64,000 bases of DNA from Lingula anatina (Eukaryota > Animalia > Brachiopoda). The notes under the pieces are model-generated. The model worked only from the letters and a program-made list of their open reading frames with translations, did not search any database and was not told where the DNA came from. Positions 11,839-24,254 of this stretch are shown here, piece after piece. Numbering within the stretch: position 1 is the stretch's first letter; every line of letters begins with the position of its first letter. Made by a program: the position numbers and the translations under genes. The stretch spans positions 30,882,401 through 30,946,400 of the forward strand of contig CM120641.1 of the NCBI GenBank assembly GCA_051362555.1, written 5' to 3'.

Positions 11839-14313
11839 TAGTCTAGTGGGATTTTTGAAAAAAGGCTCTGTATAAGAAGCAAGGGGCAATTTGGGGTAAA
11901 AGTTGGGAACTAGGCTTATTAGCATAATTTTGGCATGCTGAATTCGATTAACCCAGTTCCCAAGCGAAATTTTGCCTTTTTAATTGTCTAATTTGCCAAA
12001 AACAAAATGGCCGCCAAATTTCCAATTTTCTGCAACATATCTGTAACTAGACAGGCGAATATGACAAATGAAGTGTTTTACCTATATTTTCAGAGTTGAG
12101 GAACATTATTAAGATATTTCTGTTAGAATTGAATTTACACAATTTTCCTAAATATGCAAATTAGGATCGCCATTACTGAAAAGCTGTTTTACTTCTGTAT
12201 CTCTGTAACTAGGCAAGCAAACATGATACATGAAGTGTCTACACCTATGTTCTCAGGGTCAGGGAATGTGATTAATCAGATGTCTTGTCTGATGGGTAGC
12301 ACTGACTTTGTGCGTCGTGTCACACCTTTAATTGTTTCTTCATATGTAGTAGTGTCAGGTGTGTTGGTTATTGTTCATTAGGCTGCTTTCTCTGAAGCGC
12401 AGTTATATTACGTAATATGTGGTAGTTTCTCTGAGCAGTCCTCTTTGGCTGGTTACAGAATGCGTATAAGGGGGCAGCAGTTCTGCAGAATAAGTCTCCA
12501 TTTTTTGGCAATGACCAGCCAGAAGAGTTTGATATTTTGCAGACTCTTAGCTGACCTTATGGTACATGAAGTAACGGCAACAACTTGCCACACTATTGTT
12601 GCATTATGCCAGAGTGGGCAATAGCAAACTGCTATTGCCAGACAACTGAATATGTCCGAGGGAGCAGTTTCTAACGTCTTACAGAAACATGCCCAGACTG
12701 ATGACCAACACAGAGACCAGGACATCCTAAAGTCACCACCAGAAGGGAAGTCCGCTTGCTTCTGCGGTTATGTCGCAACAACTGGACAAAGACAACTCTT
12801 GCTTTACAAAATGAGTGGCAAATTACCATTCAAAAGAGTGTTTCTGGAACCCTACTGAATGCAAGGCTACTTTTAGTTGGTTACCTCTATTAACAGAGCA
12901 ACACCAACATCTGCATCTATGGTGGGCTAGACACCATTTGCGGTTCCAGCCACACCACTGGGTTCATGTTAATTTTTACAGACAAGGCAGGGTTTGAGTT
13001 CTACCACCACGATGGCTGAATCAGAGTCTGTAGGCTTCCAGACAAGGTACTGCACGAGGCTTGTGTCACCCTACAGTGACTTGTGGTGGTGGCAGCATCT
13101 GTGTATGGGCCGGTTCCCATGCTGGAGCCAAAACACTATTGGTGGCAATTGATGGAAACCTCAACCAGATGAAATACACGGACATTTTAAAGAATACTTG
13201 CTTGTCATTTGCAAGAAAGTACTTCCAGGACAACTTCATCCTGCAAGATGATAATGCCAGACCACACAGTGCCCATGCAATATCTGCTTTTCTGCAAAAC
13301 CAAGAGGTAAACCAGTTGCTATCCCCCTGACTTGTATTCAATAGAAAACCTGTGAGCAGAAATCACTAGCAGAATCAATAGCTTACTGGTCCAGCCTACA
13401 AATCGGCACCAGCTAAGACAAGGTCTGACTAATGTGAGGAACACAATACCCGATCAAACTCTCAGAAACCTCTCTGCAGGAATGCCTCACCGAGTTAGGG
13501 CTCTGGTTGCAGCTAGAAGAGGCTGCACACGTTGTTATCTGTTTCCATTTTTTAAATTTGTCTGGATGATTCTTATGTGTAAGAGATTTATTAAAGCCAT
13601 ATCGAACATGATAACAAGTGTTCTTTTCATTCATTACTAATATATGGGGAAAAAAATTTTTAAAAAAATATGTTTGGAAAAAAATCCATTTTAAATGTCA
13701 AGTTTGTACACTGCATCACATGAATTACTTGATTCAGCAAATCCCTCCACTGCATTAATAAAGGAATCACTTTTTTCAAATCTAGGTAAAAGGGGCAGTT
13801 GTGTGATCCAATATGTTTACATCCCAACGCAGTATTCAATGTGACAGTGTTGCAATTATAACTGATTTGGTTATAGTGAAAATGCATTAACCACTTTCCC
13901 TAACCCTGAAAACATGGGTGTGGGCACTTTATGTGTCATGTTTGCTTGCCCAGTTAAAGAGATACAGAAGTAAAACGGTTTTTCAGTAATGGCGGTCCTA
14001 ATTTGCATATTTAGGAAAATTGTGTAAATTTAGCTCTAACAGAAATATCTTAATAATGTTCCTTGATCCTGAAAATATAGGTAAAGACACTTCATTTGTC
14101 ACATTTGCCTGTCTAGTTAGAGATATTGCAGAAAATTGGAAATCTGGCGGCCATTTTGTTTCTTGTAAATTAGACAGTTAAAAACGCAAAAATTTGCCTG
14201 GGAACCAGGTTAATCCGATTCAACATGCCAAAATTATGCCAATAAGCCTGGTTCCCAACTTTTACCCCAAAATGCCCCTACTATTCATATTTTGTGGAAA
14301 TCCCACTAGACTA
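11839..14313. mobile_element. 2.5-kb element with ~435-bp TIRs and TAG...CTA ends (Academ-like shell)
   Basis: TAGTCTAGTGGGATTT at 11839 pairs with AAATCCCACTAGACTA ending at 14313. TIR similarity extends over 11839-12275 vs 13886-14313, with internal AAAATGGCCGCC and GTGTCTACACCTATGTTCTCAGGG motifs. Flanks TAA/TAT fit a 3-bp TSD of the satellite word AAATAAA-TAT-TAAC. Confidence 0.7.
12559..13540 (+). pseudogene. Decayed Tc1/mariner (Tc1-type DDE) transposase
   Basis: HTH IARQLNMSEGAVSNVLQKH, then WARHH, FTDKAGF (1st D), GGGSICVWAG, ILQDDNARPH (2nd D), SPDLYSIENL (E), GMPHRVRALVAARRGCTR. Several stops and frameshifts. Confidence 0.9.
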
Positions 14314-14719
14314 TATTATCATATACAGTGACAATAGTAAGGTGCACCCTAATGACAATGAACACAGGGAAAAAGAGTGAAAACATAGCAATACACAGTC
14401 ATCTCAATATGTACAAACACATTCAGTAACAATACAGAATAGACACAGCAAACAGAATATTAACAGACACATAGAGATACATAAGATAAACAAACACAGG
14501 GATACAGTGACAACACAATCATGCAGAGTAATAGTGAAGATTAAAAACAAATAGAGTGACAAAACTGACATACACAGTACTCACAATAAATACAAACATG
14601 AACAGTGACAACGCAAACATGCATAGTAATTAAAATAAATAAAAACAAGCACAGTCAAAATACAGACATACACAGTGATCAGAATAAATTTTGACGTGTA
14701 CAGTGACAAGAGTGACGTT
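14314..14719 (+). repeat. Complex satellite block
   Basis: Clean example of alternating 21/28-bp subunits. Confidence 0.9.
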
Positions 14720-14722
14720 AGC

Positions 14723-15833
14723 GTTAGCGTATTATAAGATGGGCTAGGGGATTTTGCCAATAGAGGGGTTAGTGTGTGAACTAGTTATTTTTCATACCAC
14801 TTGGTGTGCTGTATTCCCCTTCTCCTCCTCTCCCCCGTTAATTTATTCTTATGTAGTTGAAATTGTTAGTTACATCTATGAACTTAGATAATCTGAGGAT
14901 ACATGAAATGAAATGGCTTAATTACACTTTACTAATAAATTTCAAATGAATAACATGCAGTGGCCTGACTCCCCCCTTCGATGTCTGTAAAAAATAAAAT
15001 TATGTTGAGAAAAGTGGGAACAGTGTGGGTTGATTTGTCCCATATATATAGTTTATAATGGTTAACCTGTTAATTGTTTCTTGGCACTGATTTGTATATT
15101 TGATGCTAGCCCAGGAAGCAAAAAAGATATAACTGTTATTCTGCTAATTTATTGCCCAACAACGAAGTAGAATTTAACAATTTAATTGATCCATTCTTAC
15201 TAAGACAAATGTTCAAAGCAAAAATATAGTGGTATGCTCAGATGCTTTATTTACTACTTTTAAAATGTACATGTAGTTCTGTCTCATTTTTGTACTAGGT
15301 ACCTAGCAATCTCTTAGGACATATAAAATAAATGTTTAATCAAAATCAGAGATTTAATATGAAAGACATTTGTTGTAGATGGATATTTTTCTTTTGTTTA
15401 AACACTCCTTTTTGTTAATTCAATTTTGTTTTGGTGTTTTTTCCTGTTAGGAATCCTGTAACTTAGATTGTAGAACTGAATAATTTGTTCACTGGGTGCT
15501 GTTTTACTGAGCCACACATATATAATCCACCGAGCTTAAACCTGTGAAACATTGAGTGAGGAGTTTTGCACATGCATGCTCGCTATTAAGCAATGCCGTT
15601 GGTTACCAAATAATAGCAAAAACTAAATAAGTGTAGTCCCCCCCCCCCCAAAAAAAAAAAACAAAAAAACAAAAAAAAAAAAAATACATTTATTCACATA
15701 AGTCTTATAATACTTTTAGCATAACTATGTCACCCACAGAAGAAGTGGTTTGAAAAAAAAAAGGTAGAAAAAGATACAGTTTATAAAGAAAGTTTAAATA
15801 AATCTCCGTCATGGGATATATTACACATACATA

Positions 15834-15880
<47 letters not shown>

Positions 15881-18800
15881 TTTATATTTTACACTGAATA
15901 CATTGTAAACAACTTGGACAAATATAACAAATTCTATTTCACCACCAAAATGGTGGTTCTTGGAATTATTCTGGAATCTGTGCTTACCACTGAACCATAT
16001 GTGACCTTCAATCTTCACAGATGATAAACCTCTGATAATCTCTTAAGAGATGGGGGAAACACTTATTATTAGTACCACCAGCATGTACACTGGCAATAAT
16101 TTGTCATAATTTTTGAAAATTCAATGCTAAATATCTCTCAAACCGAAGGAATTATGGGAAAAATTACTATAGAAGTCTGACCAAAAGTCATGTGGAGATT
16201 CTAAATATGCCCTTAGATTTGACTTTCGACCTTTATTTCAAGGTCAAACAGACTCTTAGGTGCGTGTACTGCAGGTAATAAAGAGACCTTCGATTTGGAA
16301 CTGGAAAAAATGTTGCAAACCACACAAAATTAATTTTATTTTAATTAAGAATTTAACTGTATTCCAGTTAATTGATTTTTCTCATAAAATTAACTTAAAG
16401 AGCTCTGGTATAACTTAAGTGGCTCTTTTACTTCACTTGCACAGTTTTGTTCAGATCTTAAAATAATTTTTCCCACAGTTATATAAAAATGAAGACATAA
16501 ATACAGTACAGTATTATACCCTTAATTCCGCTGCTAGTGCACATGACTTTTTAACAAGTCCATCACCCAGACACCATTTTCAAAGATATATCAACAGCAT
16601 CCCATTTGCACTTTATACAAAGGGTAATAATACAAACATATAAAAAGATGTAATGGAACCCATACAGTTAATGCAAAAGTTTGAACCAATATTCTTCATA
16701 TATGATATTTGATATAAGTGCATGGCAGTATATAATAGTAACACAATTTCCAGGATTTGGTAGTAGTAGCCTCTTACAGAATTATACTGGATCCATTATC
16801 GTTTCTGCATTAAATAAAGACATTGCAGTTATAATCACTGGGCCAGTTAAGATTCCCTTTTGCATTTGTACAATTAAAAAAAAACTGTCACAAGTGTTGC
16901 ATTATGACAAAATTAACCTGCTCTTATGCCCAATAGGTATTATTTTGAAATGCCTTTTGTCTGCAACAACTGAAAATCAAGAAAAAGATACTATTAGTTA
17001 TTAGCATTAATCATCAAACCAAAGGGATAACACAGTGACATTTCCAGACAGACAGGTGGGAAAACATGACCCCATCTATTTTGGAAGCAACAAGAGTCCA
17101 GGAATTTTAAGTGTCAGAAACTGTGAGATCCTTAAAGGCTTTCTCTGGGCATAGTAAACTTTAAAGCAATTTAATGAATTTGCCAACTTAATCCATAAAT
17201 TTAAATATTAATGCATGCCTTGAAAATAAATAAGAATACACGTTACATCTTTCTTAGAATTACATTTTTGGTATCTTAAATGTAACATCCAACTCTTACT
17301 TGTAAATCAAAATATCTTAATTCTCATTATTATTATTATTTTGACAAAATTAAATTCCATATTCATACCAATATTTCTTAAAATCAGAATAAATATAGCC
17401 TAAGCACTAAAAAGTCTTGTGGAAGATCTTTGGTGTTTTGTCCAATCCATATTCCAACAGGTGCTCCACTGCCTGAATAAAAATAAAAAATGATAACAAA
17501 ATTACTATTAATATAGCAGGAAAAAAGGAAAATCCCTACACAATGTTTTAATGTATATATACAAATGTGTCTATACAAAGTTAATTTTGTTGTTCAATAC
17601 ATTACAGATAAGTTGTTGTTAATACTTCTATCATTATTATATTTATGTCTCCTCCTTCTTCCTAGTGCACCACAAACTTTCATAATTCCATTCACAACAA
17701 GCAAGAAGGGAACAAAGAATATTGGTTGTTCGATATTTGGCCAAACAAGGCCACATTTATTACATAACCCCACTATACTAACAATATAACCAATTGTTGC
17801 CTGTTAAAAATGTTATGGCCTAAGGGATAAATGTTATATATCAAATATTCGATACGACTCATCCTAAAAATTATGATGCAATGAAGTTGAAGGCTGAAGA
17901 TAACTTCATGCTTAATCGTATCGTGCGCGCTAATAGAATGATCAAGTGTATAATGGGGTCAGGCAATGACGCTCCCTTGATATAAGTAGCAATGAATCTA
18001 ATTTGAGATTACCCCTCTACGGGAGAATTGAGCATGTGTGGAATGCGCATCAATAAGCTCTGGAGATTGTTGTCACCATAAAATGTCGTTTGACTGCGCC
18101 AAACTTCTCTTTATCAATTCTAACCAAATGTCATTGGTGATTTTCCATGTGACATTTAATGTTGTCATTTTATTGCACTTTGTTATGATTCTTATCTTCT
18201 TACCCCTGTTGCTAATCATAATATCCAGTCAATTACCTAAAACATAAAGCATGTAACAGTTATATATTTCATATAAAAAAATCAAACAGCAGAAAGAGAG
18301 ATTAACATCTTCATAGGTTGACTATGTACTATCAGTAACAGGGCAAATGCTGCAAGGCATAATTTGAGTCTGCAGCTCATTTTAACAATAGATATTGTGA
18401 TTCTTATATTTTACCTGTGTAACAAAACTGTTTACGTACTTTATCAGCAAGCATCCCATGAAAAGATGTTATGCTGTCATGTGTAATATGATGGGACTCA
18501 ATGTTCTTTCCAAGTGTTATGTTGGTGCTTTGTGGAATGACAGCATCTACAATGATAACTTAAAACTTTTATAATTTCAAAGTGGAGAAAACATTTGTTA
18601 TATTTATAATATAAAAATATGAATGATTATGGTATTCATTTTAAAATAACACTTATCTTACTAATTGCACCATTCCATAATATGTTAACATTAAACCGTT
18701 CTCCTAACTCAAATGTACAGCAATCAACTCAGAAAAAAATAATTAAAAATTAGAATAAAAATTATGGTCTGCAGTTATATATGATTATTACAAAATCCAC

Positions 18801-19649
18801 AGATAAAATTGACCAACTTTGAATATCGGGTGCCAGTTTGTCACCATTGACCATGAAAAACAACTATAGATGGCTATACTTGTAGACTATGAAGAAGAAA
18901 CTGAACTGGCAAACAATTTATGAACAGATAGAATTTAAAAAAAAAACAACACTAGTTTTTAAATCATTAAAAGGACATTCACCAAAATACATCAGGGACT
19001 AACTGGGTACATGTACCAGTACTACGACCATGGACACTACAGACAGAATCATCTGATTACGTAATAAGGGAAATCTCTGGCAGATATAAAGCCACAATTA
19101 AGGCCCAATATGGGCTTTGGTTGAAATTGGAATTGCTTTAACTCTCAAATTAAAAACTCCAAAGACTTGGATACTTAAAAAATATTTTTTAAAAATCAAA
19201 AGTATAAAGTATATATATATATACTCCCCCCAGTATATGTGTGTGTGTTTGTGTGAGTAAGATAAAGGTATACACATAATATGTTTTACCCTCTATAAAT
19301 AAAGTTTATTATTATTATTATTATCAAGCTAAACGTGCAAAGAATTCTTTGTCCAAGTGGAAATTAACTAACACCAGTCTTGCAACTTCAAAAACAAAAG
19401 TGATCACTAGATTTATCTCTATCTCTCACACACACATACACACACATACACACACTCACACGAAAACATAAATTTAAATAGCGACCTTCATTGCTGTTAA
19501 GTTTACCCGCTATTTTCAGGTTAATGTCTACGTCATCATTTTGTGAGTGGGAATACAGTGCACCAAATGGTATAAAAAATAACTAATTCTCACTTCACAC
19601 GAAGCCCTCTATTGGCAAAATCCCCTAGCCCATCTTATAATATGCTAAC
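14723..19649. mobile_element. 4.9-kb unclassified TIR element
   Basis: GTTAGCGTATTATAAGATGGGCTAGGGGATTTTGCCAATAGAGGG pairs with CCCTCTATTGGCAAAATCCCCTAGCCCATCTTATAATATGCTAAC (~45 bp, 1 mismatch). The satellite word GACGTT|CACC resumes in register, with CGTT on both sides. The interior has minus-strand exon-like remnants. Confidence 0.8.
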
Positions 19650-20715
19650 CGTTCACCGTAATGAGAATGAACACAAGGAAAAAGAGTGAAAAGGAAGTTG
19701 TACACAGTCATCACAATATATATATATACACAAACACATTCATAAGATAAACACAAAGGCATACAGCGACAACACCATCATGCACAGTAATAGTAATGAA
19801 TATAAACAAATAGAGTGACAAACTGACATACACACAGTGATCAAAATAAATAATAACATGTACAGTGATAATAGTAGCATGCAACGCAATGAGAATGAAC
19901 ACAAGGAAAGAGTGAAAACATAGCCGTAAAAAGTCATCACAATATATATAAACACATTCAGTAACAATACAGAATAGACACAGCAGACAGAATATAAACA
20001 GACACATATCACAGAATATAAACCCATTCAGTAACAATACAGAATAGACACAACAGACAGAATATAAACAGACACATAGAGATACATAAGATAAACAAAC
20101 ACACAGGGATACAGTGACAACACAATCATGCAGAGCAATAGTTATTACAAACAAATAGTGACAAAACTGACATACAGTGATTAGAAAAAAATTTCACATG
20201 TACAGTAAAAACACTAACGTGCACCGTAATTGTAATGAACACAAATAAAAAGAGTAAAAAACATAGCCGTACACAGTCACCACAATATATACAAACACCT
20301 TCAGTAACAATACAAAATAGACACAAGAAACAGAATATAAACAGACACATAGGTATATAGTGAACAACATCATCATGCAGAGTAGTAGTAATGATTATAA
20401 ACAAATAGAGTGACAAAACTAAGAGACAAAGTGCTCATACTAAATACAAACACAAACTGTGACAACAAAAACAGGCAAAGTAATCAAATTAAATACAAAC
20501 AAACACAGTCAAAATACAGACATACACAGTGATCAGAAAAATTTTTTGACACGTACAGTGACAGTAACGTACATCGTAAAAAGAAAAAAGACAAGGAAAA
20601 AGATTGAAAAGATAGCAGTACACAGTCATCGCAATATATACAAAACATTCAGTAACAATACAGAATAGACACAGCAAACATAAGATAAACAGACACGTAG
20701 ACATACAGTGACAAC
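19650..20715 (+). repeat. Complex satellite block
   Basis: Same modules as the other blocks. Confidence 0.9.
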
Positions 20716-21247
20716 TATGGAATCCCAGGAGGGCCAAGTGAAATTAAAAAAAAAAAATTAAATTGAAAAAATAGAAAAATAATTTCGAACTTTAAATGGA
20801 AAAAAAATTCAAGATCGCCCGAAATCCTGCGAGATTGCGCGTTATCCCGCATGGCCACATGAAATCCCGCGATATCGAGCAAGTTTTATTCAAGAAAAAG
20901 AGAAAAAATCACGATATCTCGCGAGAATAGAAACATGGCGGAAGAAGCAACAGTGTGTTTAAAATGCCAACATTGCATGGACTATTAACAACAGGCTCAC
21001 ATTCCCATTTGTAAATCATGCGCATGTGATAATATATTGCATGTAAGTTGTTTTTTCTTTATTCTTTATGCAGATGATAGTGTGACGTATAGTATTATTA
21101 GTGAATCAAGGACGAGGTCCTCTTGAGTCTTATTTCTTTACTATTAGATTTATGGGTGTATTCAAACTTAGGAATGAACGTACTAAGGACAATAAAAGAA
21201 AGTAGCGACGCCGATTAGATGAATATGTCACCTTTCCTGAAACAGTC

Positions 21248-22033
21248 CCAGCAGGCATAGTTGTGTTGGATCAACGTTGAAAACAGATTGATACGTTGAA
21301 TTGCTGTTGATCTACCTAAATTTAACGTAAAATCAACGTTGATAATGTGACATTGACTCAACGTTGTATTTTGGTCAATGACACAACCTTGCAGTTATGG
21401 ATTGTAATTTAAAATATTAATTATTGCAAACATGATACTTTGTTTATCAATACTGTAACTAAATTTATCAAAATAATAACAAAATTGTTTTAAAGTAAAA
21501 GTGACAGTTGTTTTGTGTCTTTAGTTAACTAGTGAATTTTCTTAACTTGTTATTCAGAAATACATTCCAATAAACTGAATTCCTTGCAAGGTCAGCTAAC
21601 ACTAGGATGAATAAGTTGCTGTAAATGTGTTGGGGTTATTTTCAAATAAACCTCCTGACGATCGGGCATGCCTTCTGGGTATGCCCGTGAAACTCGGAGT
21701 CGGGGTTATTGCATGTCTTTTGTTTATTTATTTATTTATTAATTTTAATTGTGTGTGTATATATATATAAGAAAAGAACTATACATATTAATCTAAACCT
21801 TAGAAATTTTAATATAAAGGCCATATATTTAGCCATCAAACATGTCCTACTGCTAAACACATCCAAGCTAATTTCCCGCTGGGTGGGGTTGATATAACAT
21901 TGTTTTCTGACGTTGATACAACGTTGTTATCTGAGGTTGACACAACTTTCAAATCCAACGTTTATTCAATGTCTTCTCAATGTTATGGTTCAACGTTGTT
22001 TCAACGTTAAAACAACATTATTTGCCCGCTGGG
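21248..22033 (-). mobile_element. CCCAGC MITE copy nested in the IS3EU-like element, GT TSD
   Basis: CCCAGCAGGCATAG...TTTGCCCGCTGGG, an inverted near-copy of 1482-2252, with GT on both flanks. Confidence 0.8.
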
Positions 22034-22387
22034 GTGACACTGACTGGTTATGCAAACGTCTTCATTAGGCACTCAACTTATTTTACATACATGTACATTA
22101 CTGTATTTCCATTAGACTCCTTAGAAACAATTATTAAATCACACATGTACAGTCCCCGTTAAGGATAGGAGTGTTGAAAGTAATGCTTTTAACTGTGAAA
22201 ATTCTTTCTTTCACAGAAAAAGAAAAAATCCTTGCTCCTTTCTTAAACTCTGACTGGTTGTTTACTTACACATAATAAGCGTTAAGTATTTTCATTTGTA
22301 ATTTACATTTGTAGAGTGTCATCGGTGCTTGTAACAAAAGGCAATGTCAATGTCCAGGATACCGAAAAATTAGAACCATCAGACAAT

Positions 22388-22470
22388 CCCAGCAGACAAA
22401 TGACATTGATTCACCGTTGAATCGTTAATTTTGGTGGATCAACGTTGAATCAACATTGTTTGCCTGCTGG
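22388..22470. mobile_element. Short CCCAGC MITE inserted in a transposase exon, AAT duplication
   Basis: CCCAGCAGACAAA...TTTGCCTGCTGGG flanked by AAT on both sides. Confidence 0.8.
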
Positions 22471-24254
22471 GAATGTGTCAAATGTGGGCACTTGCCCATT
22501 GATCATGACTTCAAATTTGGTAAGCAAATTCACTGTTTGACTTTTTTTTTTTTCAACATGGATCTACCACGTTATTTGTGTTAAAAGATAATAAGAATTG
22601 AAATAGTTTAATATATGATATTAATTGAAATATTTTTAATTCTTGGGCTTCAATATGTCAAATCAAATAATTATTATTTTATGAGAGCATGAAACAGAAG
22701 TAGATTTAAGAAAATATAAAATATAAATCATAGAGTTTAAAATTGAATTAGGGGGATTTAGCCTGTATGTTTCACCTTTTATGTTGAGGCACACCTCTCC
22801 AGTGTTTTTATCAAAGCTTTTCTTTGGGCTACAAATTATGAAATATCACTGTAAAAGACTGTTATTCTTATGTAATTTGCAGTCTGGGAGAAATCTTGTA
22901 TGCAGAAAAGATTCACATCCATTTTGTAATAAAAAAAAAGAGCATACTAAATGAAATTGCCTTAAAATGTGTGTGTGTTTAATTGTATCTCTTATAAATC
23001 ATCTATACCACTGTCATTGCTTCATGTAAAAATTTCATTTTATTTTTGAATTTCAGATTTAAAGGTTTTCCTCAACAATCTAGTGGAACGTAATAAAATT
23101 TAAGCAATGCTTTGATATTAGAATACTTAAAGGGCATTGGTATTAACTGGAGGTAAATATCCTTAACGCATATTTTTTATCGAATTCTTTGTGTCAACAA
23201 ATGCTTATAATTGCTTTTTTTGTATAGAAATCTTTGTGTCAGTCAAAGTCATGTTTAATTCTTATTGTTAGTGAAGCTCATTGCTTATCACTCATGTCAA
23301 GTCTTTTTTGGTGAACCACTTAGCTATCAATTGGACAGCTGCTGACATCACTGGATAGCTTAGTTTTTTTTAAATGATGGTTTGGACTCCTGGAATTTTT
23401 GTTGAAAATTACAAGTTGTGACTTTAAATGGCATGTATCCCAGGAAAAAAACCTGTCCAATATTATCATTTTCATATAGATTCCCATAAAAATCTGCAAA
23501 ATCCTATTGCATGGAGGGTGAACTTTAAAGTTGTCAGCTCACTGAATGTCTTAATGCAGGTAATGCAGTTCAGAAAAGATCTAACTATACACCTGTATGT
23601 AACTGTAGTTTGTTTTTCATTGTCAGTGAAAGAACCCTCAAGAGAAGGTTAAATGTTCTTGAAATCAAACGACATAAACATGTCCCTGCCCAAGAATTAA
23701 GGGTAAGTATGATTATTTTGATGCTGCTTACTTTGTTTCAATCTGTATGTTGAAATAATATTTGCAGTATTTTGATCACTCAAGTCTTAGAATAGAGAAG
23801 ATGGCATAAATACACCAACCAACCAGTACAGTACTAGTATATACCGGTAGATATGTCTGATAGAAAGTCTTTGTTACAATCTAAAACTTAATTATCCCCC
23901 TTATACAAATAAAATTTAAAAAAAGACATTTTACAGATTTATATTTCTAATCATAATTTTATAATGTTATATACATAATTAAGGGTTATTTTAATATGTG
24001 AATCATATCTTTCTATGTAGGATATTATTTAAGAAGAAGCCATTGTTTGTGTGGGACTGGCAGGTGTAAGGCCAATATATTAATATATGATCAGTGTCGC
24101 CAGAAATATCACAAGAAAGTAAAAAGGTTAGTTAAGTAAAGGATAAATATTTGCAATTAATTAAAAAATGAAAATAAAACTTATATTTCTTTCACTTCTA
24201 TTAAATTATAATATTCTGTTACTCTATCCTAAGAATTGATGTGCAAGAGATATT

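Noticed and set aside
11839-11840. TA TSD making 11841-14311 an ordinary Tc1
   Set aside because: Removing the element with a TA duplication does not regenerate the satellite word AAATAAATATTAAC, whereas a 3-bp duplication does. It is kept only as the alternative hypothesis.
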